Shown here: positions 30,443 to 40,424 of the stretch, piece after piece
Position numbering within the stretch: position 1 is the stretch's first letter
Layout of the letters: every line of letters begins with the position of its first letter
DNA from: Candidatus Poribacteria bacterium
GTDB taxonomy: Bacteria; Poribacteria; WGA-4E; PCPOR2b
Length of the DNA: 64,000 nt
Reading direction: 5' to 3'
Assembly (NCBI GenBank): GCA_965198175.1
Contig: OZ240245.1
Location: 1,248,001 to 1,312,000 of the forward strand
Made by a program: the position numbers and the translations under genes
Notes under the pieces: generated by a model
What the model was told of the DNA's origin: nothing
Database searches by the model: none
What the model saw: the letters and a program-made list of their open reading frames with translations, nothing else

Positions 30443-31222
30443 ATGAAACGGCTGCTTGAACTCAATGTTGTCTTGATTTTTCTCTTTCTTTACGCGCCAA
30501 TTTTGACGTTGATTGTTTTCTCGTTCAACACTTCTCAGCCAACTGCTGTTTGGGGACCACTGAGCTGGTACGCAAAGCTGTTTCACAACCGTGATTTGTG
30601 GCACGCGTGTCGAAACAGCCTCATTGTAGCGGGATGTTCAACCGTTATCGCAACCATCATTGGAACGATGGCTGCATTTGCAATTGAGAGATACCGTTTT
30701 CCACTTCGACTTGCCCTGACGAGAGTGCTCTTTCTCCCAATCATAATTCCGGACATTGTGATGGCGATTGCGCTCTTAACGTTTTATGTGCAGGTTCACA
30801 TTCCGCTAGGAATCGTTTCGATTATCGTCGCGCACGTTGCGTTCAGTATCTCTTATGTCACTATTGTTGTTCGTGCACGACTCAAAGGGTTCGATAGATC
30901 TTTCGAGGAAGCTGCCTTGGACCTCGGCGCGAACAGATGGCGCACATTCCGACATATCACCCTGCCGCTCATCGCACCGGGCGTCATTGGCGGCGCGCTG
31001 CTGGCGTTTACGCTTTCAATTGACGATTTTGTAATTACATTCTTTGCCGCAGGCGTCGGCTATACAACCCTACCTGTTCGTATCTACTCGATGCTAAAGT
31101 TCGGAATCACTCCAGAGCTTAACGCCATATCAACGCTGCTCCTGTTTAATTCAATCTGCTTTGTTCTCTTATCACTGAAGTTTCAAGGAAGAAGTGAGAA
31201 GACAGTGATGAGTAACGAGTGA
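30443..31222 (+). CDS. potC: PotC-like polyamine ABC transporter permease
   Basis: FLYAPI..FSFN, WY..LF, PDIV, EEAALDLGA (EAA loop), FTLSIDDFVITFF, TLP..IYSM...GITPELNA. Confidence 0.88.
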   Translation: MKRLLELNVVLIFLFLYAPILTLIVFSFNTSQPTAVWGPLSWYAKLFHNRDLWHACRNSLIVAGCSTVIATIIGTMAAFAIERYRFPLRLALTRVLFLPIIIPDIVMAIALLTFYVQVHIPLGIVSIIVAHVAFSISYVTIVVRARLKGFDRSFEEAALDLGANRWRTFRHITLPLIAPGVIGGALLAFTLSIDDFVITFFAAGVGYTTLPVRIYSMLKFGITPELNAISTLLLFNSICFVLLSLKFQGRSEKTVMSNE

Positions 31223-31324
31223 TTGGTTAAAAGTCTTTTGCTCGCCACTGTCTTTATTGCAACTGTTGCACCGACGCCTGACCAGTTGCCAGTAAAAACT
31301 GGTCACTCTCCACCAGTCACTGCC

Positions 31325-31720
31325 TTATTTATTTCCAAACACCCCGGCACGTGAAAGTGACCACACAATCCCAATGAACAAACCCACAGGGGACGCCATA
31401 ATGAGAACATAAAACAACCTGAACCCTAAGCCTGAGTTGAAAAAAACCTCTAATTCTGGTAGAGCTAACACTGCAAGAATCGTCACCAGAGCAACTATCA
31501 GACCCAGCACTGATGGCACAACAAAGGCAGTCCGCACCTCACGCCGCGGGATCGCCCAACTTATCCCAACAAGAAGACCAATACTAGCACCTATTATCAC
31601 CACCGCCAAAACCGCTGCATCGCCATAAACGACAAGCATGCAAACCACCCCCGCTATTGCGCCCCCAACCGTACACGTGAGAACCTTGAGTAACACTTTA
31701 CCGACCCTGCGAATACTCAT
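31325..31720 (-). CDS. Hypothetical four-helix membrane protein
   Basis: Four Gly-rich hydrophobic segments; GGAGG-type RBS upstream. Confidence 0.6.
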   Translation of the reverse strand: MSIRRVGKVLLKVLTCTVGGAIAGVVCMLVVYGDAAVLAVVIIGASIGLLVGISWAIPRREVRTAFVVPSVLGLIVALVTILAVLALPELEVFFNSGLGFRLFYVLIMASPVGLFIGIVWSLSRAGVFGNK

Positions 31721-31788
31721 CTCAACTGCCTCCCTTGTTGTTAGGGATTAAAGCCTAAAAAACATAAACGTCTCCCACTGACCGCGGG

Positions 31789-32691
31789 CTACTGGTCACT
31801 AGCGATAATCTCTGTGCCGATTCCCTCTGAAGTAAAAACTTCCAACAAGATTGCATGGCTGATTCGGCCATCGATTATATGCGTCTTGCTAACCCCGCGT
31901 TTGAGAGCTGTAACGCACGCTTCGACTTTCGGCAGCATACCGGTGCTGATGACACCGTCGGCGATTAGCTGTTCAATCTCATCAACTTGTACGGTCGAAA
32001 TCAGCGTCGCTTCATCATGCATATTCCGTAGAATGCCTCGCTGATTTGTCAGTAGGATGAGTTTTTCTGCCTGAAGGGCAGCCGCAATTTCCCCGGCAGT
32101 GATGTCCGCGTTTATGTTGTAGGTGCAGCCATCTTCCCCAACACCGCTTGGGGCAATCACAGGGACATATCCCGCCTGATCCAGCGCCATGATAACTTCA
32201 GGGCGTACTTCTACAATATCACCCACAAAGCCAAGATCGACGGTCGATGAGTCCCCGGAACCATCGACGATGTGGGCGAAATGTTTTGTCGCACGGATGA
32301 GGTTGGCATCTTTTCCACAGAGACCGACCGCGTTCCCACCATGCTGATTTATCAGTGAAACAATCTCCTTATTAATTGCGCCAGCTAACACCATTTCGGC
32401 AATCTCAATCGTCTCCCGATCCGTAACGCGCAGCCCCTGCACAAACTCAGCCTCTTTGCCGATTCGCTTCATCCAACGGCTAATTTTCGCGCCTCCGCCA
32501 TGTACAACTACAGGGTGCATGCCGATGTATTTCATTAAAACGATGTCCTGCATTACGCTGTGCTTGAGTGATTCCTGCTCCATTGCGGAACCCCCATACT
32601 TAATCACAATTGTCTTGCCCGAAAACCGGCGGATGTACGGCAACGCTTCAATCAGAATATCCGCTTTTTTTACGAGTTCATCCATTACCAC
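31789..32691 (-). CDS. argB: Acetylglutamate kinase
   Basis: LIEALPYI, VIKYGG, VVVHGGG, GLRVTD, NINAD, GMLPKV, HIIDGR, GIGT. Confidence 0.97.
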   Translation of the reverse strand: MVMDELVKKADILIEALPYIRRFSGKTIVIKYGGSAMEQESLKHSVMQDIVLMKYIGMHPVVVHGGGAKISRWMKRIGKEAEFVQGLRVTDRETIEIAEMVLAGAINKEIVSLINQHGGNAVGLCGKDANLIRATKHFAHIVDGSGDSSTVDLGFVGDIVEVRPEVIMALDQAGYVPVIAPSGVGEDGCTYNINADITAGEIAAALQAEKLILLTNQRGILRNMHDEATLISTVQVDEIEQLIADGVISTGMLPKVEACVTALKRGVSKTHIIDGRISHAILLEVFTSEGIGTEIIASDQ

Positions 32692-32795
32692 ACTCCAATT
32701 TCTAAAAGATTATAGCCAATTGGGAGTTCAATTTGTTGTTGACCAGTGCCTGTTTTTTGAATGACCGTTCGCCACTAACCACTAGCTACTGTCTT

Positions 32796-34001
32796 TTAAG
32801 TCCGGTAGTCCGCATTTATTCGAATATAATCGTAAGAATAGTCGCATGTCCACATGGTGACCGCTGCATCACCCGCATTCAGATTGACGGCAATCGTCAC
32901 GGTATCCTTGGAAAAGGGGTCAGTTGCCTTCTCTTCATCAAATCCCGCGTCCATTCCCTCCTTGACAAGCTGGTAGCCGCCGAGCCACACATCCACTTGA
33001 TACGGGTCGAATTCCGCTTCCGATTTTCCAATCGCCATCATAATCCTGCCCCAATTTGCGTCCGCCCCGAAAACAGCGGTTTTCACGAGCGGCGACTCCG
33101 CGATTGCGCGGGCTACCATCTCTCCTTCCGCTTCGCTCTTCGCACCTTTCACAATCACTTCGACTAGCTTCGTTGCGCCCTCCCCATCTTGGGCGATCAT
33201 CTTTGCTAGTTCTATACAGACAAAATCCAATCCTTCGCGGAATGCGTTACTATCTTCACTGCCAACTTCTGATATGATTGGATTATCCGCTAATCCGGTC
33301 GCCATGATTAGCACGGTGTCGTTTGTGCTGCTATCCGAATCGACTGTCATACGGTTGAAAGATTTTGCAACAGATTCGCGTAACACTGTCTGCAGCGGCT
33401 CACTGGCGATATTCACATCTGTCGCCAGAAAAGCGAGCATCGTGGCAAGATTCGGGGCAATCATCCCCGCACCCTTCGTCATGCCGCCAATCCTGACTTT
33501 TTTTCCGCCAATCTCAACCTCAGCGGCAATCTCTTTGGAGACCGTATCCGTCGTCATGATTGCAAGGGCGGCATCATGACCACCGTCTGACCGCAATGCC
33601 TCCGCGGCAAGACGAATGCCGTTAGCAATTTTGTCCATTGGCAACTGCTCGCCGATGACCCCCGTCGAAGCGACTAACACAAGGCTTGGCTCGATGCCGA
33701 GCGCTTCCCCTGCCAACGAGGTCATCTGTCGTGCATTCGTGAATCCAATCTTGCCCGTGCATGCGTTAGCGTTCTTGCTGTTGACGACAATCGCTTGAGC
33801 CGTATGGTCATTGAGATTTTCACGGCACGCCAAAACGACTGGCGCGCAGACACGATTTCTCGTGAAGACACCCGCCGCAACCGCAGGTACATCCGCAGCA
33901 ATCAGGGCAACATCTTTTTGGTTGTCCGGTTTCAGCCCGGCATGTACGCCTGCTGCGCGAATTCCCGGCACCGCTGTAATTCCGCCTTCTATCTGTTTCA
34001 T
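32796..34001 (-). CDS. argJ: Bifunctional ornithine acetyltransferase/N-acetylglutamate synthase
   Basis: GVFTRN, NANACTG, ASTGVIG, IMTTDT, KGAGMIAPNLATML, STND, DGEGATK, SPLVKTA, DANWGR, YIRINADYRT. Confidence 0.97.
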   Translation of the reverse strand: MKQIEGGITAVPGIRAAGVHAGLKPDNQKDVALIAADVPAVAAGVFTRNRVCAPVVLACRENLNDHTAQAIVVNSKNANACTGKIGFTNARQMTSLAGEALGIEPSLVLVASTGVIGEQLPMDKIANGIRLAAEALRSDGGHDAALAIMTTDTVSKEIAAEVEIGGKKVRIGGMTKGAGMIAPNLATMLAFLATDVNIASEPLQTVLRESVAKSFNRMTVDSDSSTNDTVLIMATGLADNPIISEVGSEDSNAFREGLDFVCIELAKMIAQDGEGATKLVEVIVKGAKSEAEGEMVARAIAESPLVKTAVFGADANWGRIMMAIGKSEAEFDPYQVDVWLGGYQLVKEGMDAGFDEEKATDPFSKDTVTIAVNLNAGDAAVTMWTCDYSYDYIRINADYRT

Positions 34002-34066
34002 CAATAAGCTCCCTGATTGATGCTCCGAACCTTTGAAGACCTTCACTCTTATAGTCAATCCGAGCA

Positions 34067-34095
34067 ATTATAGCGAGTCATCTGAGAATTGTCAA
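34067..34095 (-). promoter_or_regulatory. Consensus sigma70 promoter for argJ-argB
   Basis: Minus strand TTGACA-17 bp-TATAAT, perfect consensus. Confidence 0.8.
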
Positions 34096-34113
34096 TTGCA
34101 ATTCTATTTTCGA

Positions 34114-34142
34114 TTGCTAACAAATCGCTTTGGTGGTATAAT
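34114..34142 (+). promoter_or_regulatory. Sigma70 promoter for sppA, back-to-back with the argJ promoter
   Basis: TTGCTA-17 bp-TATAAT with TG extended -10. Confidence 0.7.
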
Positions 34143-34217
34143 GCCAAGAACCATCCCAGTGACCCATACAGCGAATCTCATAATGTCTAATTCCTGATTC
34201 ATAGTGAAGGAGTTGAC

Positions 34218-36584
34218 TTGAATAAAACAAAAGTTCTCATCTTTTCCACGCTGGCGATTTTCATCTTCTCCCAACTTACCGCTGCCGCTTCACCGAAAGT
34301 GAACACACGCCTCCCCTCTAACTCTGTTGCTGTCAGCGACGATGCGCTGGCAACATTTTTTAATCCGGCAGGCTTAGGAACGGGGCGTAGATTCAACCTC
34401 TACTATCTGCGGTCCTACCAAAGCGATCCGGTTGGCGATGACGCCTTTTTCATTTCTACGGCGAAAGCGGGTTTCGGTATGGAATTTGCCAACGCTGGGA
34501 ATGATATAGATTTCAATCGATATACCGTGTCCAGTGGAGGACGTCTCAGCGGCTCATTATATTGGGGAACAGGTTATAGCTGGGTGAATTCAGATGATGA
34601 AGATTATGATAAACTCTCGTCGTTGTCGCTGGGGTTAATGATTCGTCGCCGATATCTTTCAGTCGGCGCCATTGGACGCGATCTCAACCGTCCCCGATTC
34701 CGAGGTCAAAAGCTCGGTAGAATCTACGATATCGGAATCGCGCTTCGTCCGAGGACCTCACGAATCACCTTCTCTATTGATGCGCGCAAAGTCGAGGATG
34801 TCGATGGGCTGCATTTCAGTTATGCGCTTGAGATTCGCCCTGTTAACGGATTCACGTTGCGGGGCAACCTGAACGAAGATAGCAGTTTCGATCTCCATTT
34901 CGGGTTTAACATCGGGCAAATGGGGCTAGGAACCTATAACCGTTTCGACGAGGTTGGGAAACACCAAGAGGGGGTGGGGTATCTTCACCTCTCCCAAGCA
35001 CTCCACACCACGCGGCACATTCGGCGTAAAATCTTCCTTGATGTGCGTATGGGTCAAATCGAAAAAACGCTCAAAGCGGCGAAACGAGATCGAGAGGTTG
35101 TTGGTGCGCTAATCAGAGTTGGTGGGGGAGACTACGGGTTAGCACGTTTACAAGAAATGCGCGATGCAATCCTCGATTTCAAGTCGGCTGGAAAGAAGGT
35201 AATCTGTTACATGATCAACAGCTCGACCGGGAATTACACGCTGGCATCGGTATCGGATCGGATTGTTCTTCACCCGTCGGGAGAGGTGCGTTTGATTGGG
35301 TTACGATCGGAGGTTTCATTCTACAGAGGAGTATTGGACAAACTTGGAATCCGCGCACATCTAGAACATGTTGGCGAGTACAAATCGGCGTCAGATCTCT
35401 TCACGCGCACAAATATGTCAGAAGCGCATCGTGAAATGCAGGAGTCGATTTTAGATGACCTATACGATCAACTCACCCAATTGATTGCAGAAGGGCGCAG
35501 TTGGACTCAGGAAGAGGTGAAGCAACTCATAGATCAGGGACCATTTACCGCAAAACAGGCATTGGAAAACGGACTTGTTGATCAGATCGCTTACCGCGAT
35601 GAATTGGAGGATATTGCCAAAGCGTTAATAGGAAAGCATCATCGGTTGGTCAAGGCACAAACATATTTGAATACCGATGTGTACACCTACGATTGGGAGT
35701 CGCCACTGCCGAAAATTGCCATCATCGAAGCAACAGGAATGATGGTGACGGGTGAAAGTTTCACGGATCCGCTCACCGGAACAACAACCATGGGCGCTTC
35801 TACAATCGCCCGATCTATCGAAGCTACCCGAAAAGATTCATCAATCAAAGCGGTCGTGCTACGAATTGATAGCGTTGGCGGCTTGGTCATTGCCGCGGAT
35901 AGAATCTGGCGCGAACTTATACAACTAAAATCAGTCAAGCCGCTGATTGTTTCAATGGGCGATGTCGCTGGATCAGGAGGGTACTATATCGCTGTGCCCG
36001 GTGACGTAATCGTCGCTGAGCCTGGAACAATCACAGGCTCAATCGGCGTAATCGGCGGTAAATATAGCCTCAAAGGACTCTACAACAAGATCGGGCTTCA
36101 CAAAGAGATTATTAAGCGCGGAAAACACGCCGACTTTTATACGGACTACAGCGATTATCCACTCGAAGAACGCATTATCGTGCAGAGGCAGATTCAAGAA
36201 ATTTACGACGCTTTCATTGACAAAGTGGCGAACGCACGAAATATGACAAGAGAAGCGGTCGATAGTGTGGGCAGGGGGCGCATCTGGACAGGTAGGCAGG
36301 CTAAGGAACATGGGCTTGTCGATGAGCTTGGTGGATTAGCGCTTGCGCTCTCAACTGCACGAAAGCGTGCCGGATTAGAGAACAGAGAAGTTCAGCTTGT
36401 CCGATTGCCAAAACAGAGTTTGTGGTCGCAGTTGGTTCGCGCCTTTCACGAAGGTTATGGGGCGCTTCCAATGCGTAAGACTACCTCGCTAGACATTTTG
36501 TGGGAAGCCTCTCCCGTCGTAGATCTCATCACAAAGCATCGAACATTTTTGCTGATGCCGTACCAAATCACCGCCAACGATTGA
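34218..36584 (+). CDS. sppA: Signal peptide peptidase SppA (S49, two domains) with N-terminal beta-barrel-like domain
   Basis: VGEYKSA (Lys), VSMGDVAGSGGYY (Ser), TITGSIGV, GRIWTG..A...GLVDELGG; N-terminus has a signal peptide, FFNPAGL and alternating aromatic strands. Confidence 0.9.
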   Translation: MNKTKVLIFSTLAIFIFSQLTAAASPKVNTRLPSNSVAVSDDALATFFNPAGLGTGRRFNLYYLRSYQSDPVGDDAFFISTAKAGFGMEFANAGNDIDFNRYTVSSGGRLSGSLYWGTGYSWVNSDDEDYDKLSSLSLGLMIRRRYLSVGAIGRDLNRPRFRGQKLGRIYDIGIALRPRTSRITFSIDARKVEDVDGLHFSYALEIRPVNGFTLRGNLNEDSSFDLHFGFNIGQMGLGTYNRFDEVGKHQEGVGYLHLSQALHTTRHIRRKIFLDVRMGQIEKTLKAAKRDREVVGALIRVGGGDYGLARLQEMRDAILDFKSAGKKVICYMINSSTGNYTLASVSDRIVLHPSGEVRLIGLRSEVSFYRGVLDKLGIRAHLEHVGEYKSASDLFTRTNMSEAHREMQESILDDLYDQLTQLIAEGRSWTQEEVKQLIDQGPFTAKQALENGLVDQIAYRDELEDIAKALIGKHHRLVKAQTYLNTDVYTYDWESPLPKIAIIEATGMMVTGESFTDPLTGTTTMGASTIARSIEATRKDSSIKAVVLRIDSVGGLVIAADRIWRELIQLKSVKPLIVSMGDVAGSGGYYIAVPGDVIVAEPGTITGSIGVIGGKYSLKGLYNKIGLHKEIIKRGKHADFYTDYSDYPLEERIIVQRQIQEIYDAFIDKVANARNMTREAVDSVGRGRIWTGRQAKEHGLVDELGGLALALSTARKRAGLENREVQLVRLPKQSLWSQLVRAFHEGYGALPMRKTTSLDILWEASPVVDLITKHRTFLLMPYQITAND

Positions 36585-36592
36585 CAACAAGG

Positions 36593-36684
36593 ATAGATCA
36601 AGCGAACGGATAGTGAGCGCGATAGTTTTAGAAGACTATCGCCTAAGATTTCTATCGCACTCCCTATTCGGTCGCTTGATCTAT
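36593..36684. repeat. Long imperfect inverted repeat between sppA and pcm
   Basis: ATAGATCAAGCGAACGGATAGTGAGCGCGATAG pairs with CTATCGCACTCCCTATTCGGTCGCTTGATCTAT. Confidence 0.75.
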
Positions 36685-36738
36685 TCGCTCAGTTGATTGT
36701 TTTCATCTACGAGAGCGGAATGTAGGCAGGAGATCACG

Positions 36739-37416
36739 ATGCGTTTCCGTGGCAAACAGCCGATGAATGCGCCCTTATCAACGACGAATTCCTATGCGAG
36801 TTTGCGAGAAGAAATGGTGCGCGTGCAGATTAAAAAACGGGGAATAAGAAACAGAGATGTTTTAGAGGCGATGCGGAAGGTACCGCGCCATCTGTTCTTG
36901 AATCCCGAATCTATCGACAGCGCTTACGAAGACCATGCGCTATCAATAGACGGCGGTCAGACAATTTCTCAGCCGTATATTGTTGCACTCATGACGGACC
37001 GGCTTGAACTCGAGCCGGAATCAAAGGTGCTTGAAATCGGTACGGGCTGTGGGTATCAGACAGCGGTATTGGCGGAGATTATTGATGAGGTATACACCGT
37101 TGAGATTATCCCTGAGTTGGCGGAAAATGCGTGGCAACGGTTGGCAGCGCTCGGTTATCAAAATGTCCATAAGAAAATCGGCAACGGGTATTACGGTTGG
37201 GAAGAGTGTGCGCCGTTTGACCGGATTATTATCACCGCTGCTCCGAAAAAAGTACCGGATCATCTCATCGAACAGTTGACTGAAGGCGGGCGAATGGTGG
37301 TTCCCATCGGCGACTTCTACCAAGATTTGGTAATTGTTTGCAAAACCGTTAACGGACTCGAGCGACAGAAGATTTCCGACGTTCGCTTTGTTCCAATGAC
37401 CTGCGCACCGGAATAG
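36739..37416 (+). CDS. pcm: Protein-L-isoaspartate(D-aspartate) O-methyltransferase
   Basis: VPRHLF, AYED, GQTISQPYIVA, VLEIGTGCGYQTA, APFDRIIITAA, VRFVPM; AGGAG RBS before ATG 36739. Confidence 0.96.
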   Translation: MRFRGKQPMNAPLSTTNSYASLREEMVRVQIKKRGIRNRDVLEAMRKVPRHLFLNPESIDSAYEDHALSIDGGQTISQPYIVALMTDRLELEPESKVLEIGTGCGYQTAVLAEIIDEVYTVEIIPELAENAWQRLAALGYQNVHKKIGNGYYGWEECAPFDRIIITAAPKKVPDHLIEQLTEGGRMVVPIGDFYQDLVIVCKTVNGLERQKISDVRFVPMTCAPE

Positions 37417-37459
37417 CCGTCACAGGTGCAATCGAATCCGCTTACCAAGACAGGATGAT

Positions 37460-38020
37460 ATGCTACAACAACTGCTACAAGAACTTCTCAGGTTTCTATC
37501 CACATCAACGGGACAGTGGACGTTGCTTGGAGTTGTAACTGTCGTTGCTTTCGCAGTGGTTTACCATAAAAAGCGGCAGATTGTCGATTTCACGGCTGAA
37601 GTGATTGAAGATGATTCATGGTTTATCAACCGCGATGATAACCACAGACTGGCGATTGTCGTCTCCCTTCATCTGATTAACAAATCCGGGGCTCCCGTCC
37701 GTATATGGAAATGTACGTTGAGCGGCTATACGCCCAGAGAGAACCCACCACGGTTTGTTCTGAATGGTTATGACAGGACAGTCGAACTCGAACACCCTAA
37801 GCATGACCATTTTTACGCGGGGCAAGAGTACGTCGTCAACCCGTACAGTGAGCAACGGATGTGGGCGTATTATGAATCACGGACAGTAACGCTAAGCAAT
37901 TTGCTGCGCGCTCCCATCATTATCAAGGACGCCAATCGGAAACGAAAATCAGTCCCGGTTGCGATTCCCCGAAACGCACAGCAGATTGAGCTTTATAATG
38001 AGGCGGCAAGGAAGTGGTGA
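37460..38020 (+). CDS. Hypothetical protein with N-terminal membrane anchor
   Basis: 186-aa ORF, co-oriented with pcm, one TM helix then a beta-rich domain. Confidence 0.65.
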   Translation: MLQQLLQELLRFLSTSTGQWTLLGVVTVVAFAVVYHKKRQIVDFTAEVIEDDSWFINRDDNHRLAIVVSLHLINKSGAPVRIWKCTLSGYTPRENPPRFVLNGYDRTVELEHPKHDHFYAGQEYVVNPYSEQRMWAYYESRTVTLSNLLRAPIIIKDANRKRKSVPVAIPRNAQQIELYNEAARKW

Positions 38021-38298
38021 TACGGGAGAGAATGCGGAAGTCATCGTTCGAAGCCAAGTTCCTGAACATAAGGTGATACAACGGTAACTCAATTGCACAT
38101 ATGAATTTTTCAAATAAAAGCCACTCAATATCCTCCGACCCATCCAAATCTTAGTTCGTGTAAGGCGAAAACCAATCGTACAGATTACCAGCTTCCGAAC
38201 TACGGCTCGGCCCCTTACGAAGATTCATCTAATCGACCTTCCTATAATGCAAAACCACCTGTGAATACTAAATATTCCGCTACTCACATATGTGTTTA

Positions 38299-39282
38299 CT
38301 AAGGCATCAATACCTCGATAGCATTACGAATTTTCTCTTGTAGCTCCTTATTTCCCGCCCTTGTGGCTAGTTCCATCGCTTTATCAAAGTCAGTCTTCGC
38401 TACACCATATTCTCCCACTCCGCATTTGGACAAACCTCGATAGAAATAAGCAGTAGCATTATTTGGTAGCAAGCCCATAACTTCGTCAAGGTCTATTATA
38501 GCCGACTCGTATTTTTCTAGCATCGCCTTGGCCTGACCGCTATAAAGTAAAGCCGCACCTCGAAAGTCGTCGGCATTAGCCGGAGGCGGCAGGCGCAGCG
38601 CTTGGTAATAGTCTGCTACAGCTTCCGTAAGATTTCCCAAATCTAAATTTGCAGCGCCGCGAACAGCGTATGCTTCCGTATATTCAGGATTAAGTTGGAT
38701 AGCGGTATTAAGTTCAACTATTGCAGCTTCATTTTCTCCCGCCATATGTCTTGCTGCTCCTGTAGCAAGATGATACATACTGGGATTATCATGTTTAGAC
38801 TGTTCGTTCTTGTTGTGTAGTCGCTGCATGAATTCTCCGAATGACCCGGGTGGTGTGTCTGCATTGTCTTGATCGTCCTGCAATTGGAGAGACTTTTCAA
38901 GGTTGGCAAGATTCGCGGTTAGCCCAACAGCTAAGTCCCGTACGGCATAGGCGTCAGCAAGATTCGGTTTCAGTCGTATCGCTTCGTCAAGGTCTGCTAT
39001 ACCCGCGTCGAATACACCACACTGTGCCTTCAGTGTCCCTCGAAGGTAGTAGGCGTTGGCAAAATCCGGTTTTAGGTGTATCGCTTCGTCAAGATCTGCT
39101 ATGCCAGGGCCAATTTCGTCTAGTTGATTCTTCACCCACCCTCGAAAGTAGTAGGCGTCGGCAACATCCGGTTTCAGCCGTATCGCCTCGTCGAAATCCG
39201 CAATGGCATCTGTGTGTTTTCCTGCCTTAATCTTCGCAACACCAGCTTTGAAATAAAGCCAAGACTTAATTGCTTTTAGCAT
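38299..39282 (-). CDS. Tetratricopeptide repeat protein
   Basis: 34-aa repeats (AIADFDEAIRLKPDVADAYYFRG); 102-bp periodicity visible in the DNA. Confidence 0.9.
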   Translation of the reverse strand: MLKAIKSWLYFKAGVAKIKAGKHTDAIADFDEAIRLKPDVADAYYFRGWVKNQLDEIGPGIADLDEAIHLKPDFANAYYLRGTLKAQCGVFDAGIADLDEAIRLKPNLADAYAVRDLAVGLTANLANLEKSLQLQDDQDNADTPPGSFGEFMQRLHNKNEQSKHDNPSMYHLATGAARHMAGENEAAIVELNTAIQLNPEYTEAYAVRGAANLDLGNLTEAVADYYQALRLPPPANADDFRGAALLYSGQAKAMLEKYESAIIDLDEVMGLLPNNATAYFYRGLSKCGVGEYGVAKTDFDKAMELATRAGNKELQEKIRNAIEVLMP

Positions 39283-39684
39283 AGGGACTTCCTCGGTTGA
39301 ATGTTAACCCTCTTATGGCTTTTCGCCCTGTGTGATTAAACCCTCTAGAGCTTTGGTCTTGTCTTCAGATTCTCTCCAGGTGATATGATATCGCGATGAA
39401 TCTTTGAGGTTGTGGTCCAGTTTTTCAACCTAAACTTAAAACTATAGTTAAAACCGGATTCAAATTAATGACCGTGAACCCAATCGTACAAAAACAATCC
39501 CGACGCTTGGCGTCCTCGTTGTCTTCGAGTAAACAGTCCTGGACATCGAAACCGACAAATGTAACGACTTAACGTCGTAGCATTAATGTGTCAATGTGTT
39601 CTTGACCACCGGAGGCGCCCAAACGAACTTAAAGAATAACATGAAGCGCACGAATCATAAGTCCCGTTGTCCGCATCAGTAGCC

Positions 39685-40338
39685 TTAATAGCCGATAGAA
39701 TTCGTTGTTTCGACGACGCAATCGCCATGTGTATTGATACCCATGAAGGCACCACCTTGTCCTACGACGGGAACCGCTGGCCATTTTCATCCGCTACTAC
39801 GGAGCAGCGCCCCTTCCGTGCCGCGCACAGTAACACGCCCGCCATGTGCATCGATAATGAGCGCCGCCTTCGTTACTCCATTTTTGCCAACGACATCAAC
39901 CCGTCCGCCATGCTCATCGCTACGCAAAACCGCCCCCGATTTCCCCTTTCTCCCAAAGACTGTGACACGCCCACCACAGTCATCGCTATACACCGACGCC
40001 CTTAACTCCCCATCATTGTCCGCCACCGTGACAAAACCGCCCTGTTCAGAGTTACCTAACACAACCTTCAGTGTTCCCTCCGCATCAACAATCTCTAACC
40101 TAGAACACTGTATCGTTTCAAATTTATCTTGTTGTGCCGTTGCCGAAGAATCGCCCTCCGCCTCCGCTTCACAACAGCGAAGTTTATGGCCTACCAAAAC
40201 CAGCATTGTCCCACTGGTGCCGACCACCATTATAATCATTGTGTCATAGACTGAAGTCAGCAATATCCCAATTATCGTGAATAGACTTCCGATCCCTGCA
40301 TAGACCAATTTGATTTTCCAATTCTGGCCGTAAAACAT
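39685..40338 (-). pseudogene. Membrane-anchored 22-aa beta-repeat protein, copy 1, with a damaged 3' end
   Basis: ORF stops at 39787 but the same frame continues ...GAFMGINTHGDCVVETTNSIGY* to 39685, resembling the C-terminal repeat of the paralogue. Confidence 0.55.
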
Positions 40339-40424
40339 TGAGTTACCCTCCGTTTTCTTGTTAGAAACTAAAGCCACAAATGCAACATCGTTTATTACTT
40401 TCAACTTCCCTTACTCTTGACCTT

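Noticed and set aside
38155..38222. GGCGAAAACCAATCGTACAGATT...CCTTACGA superficially like a c-di-GMP-I riboswitch
   Set aside because: Lacks the GAAA tetraloop and the GGACGCAAA junction
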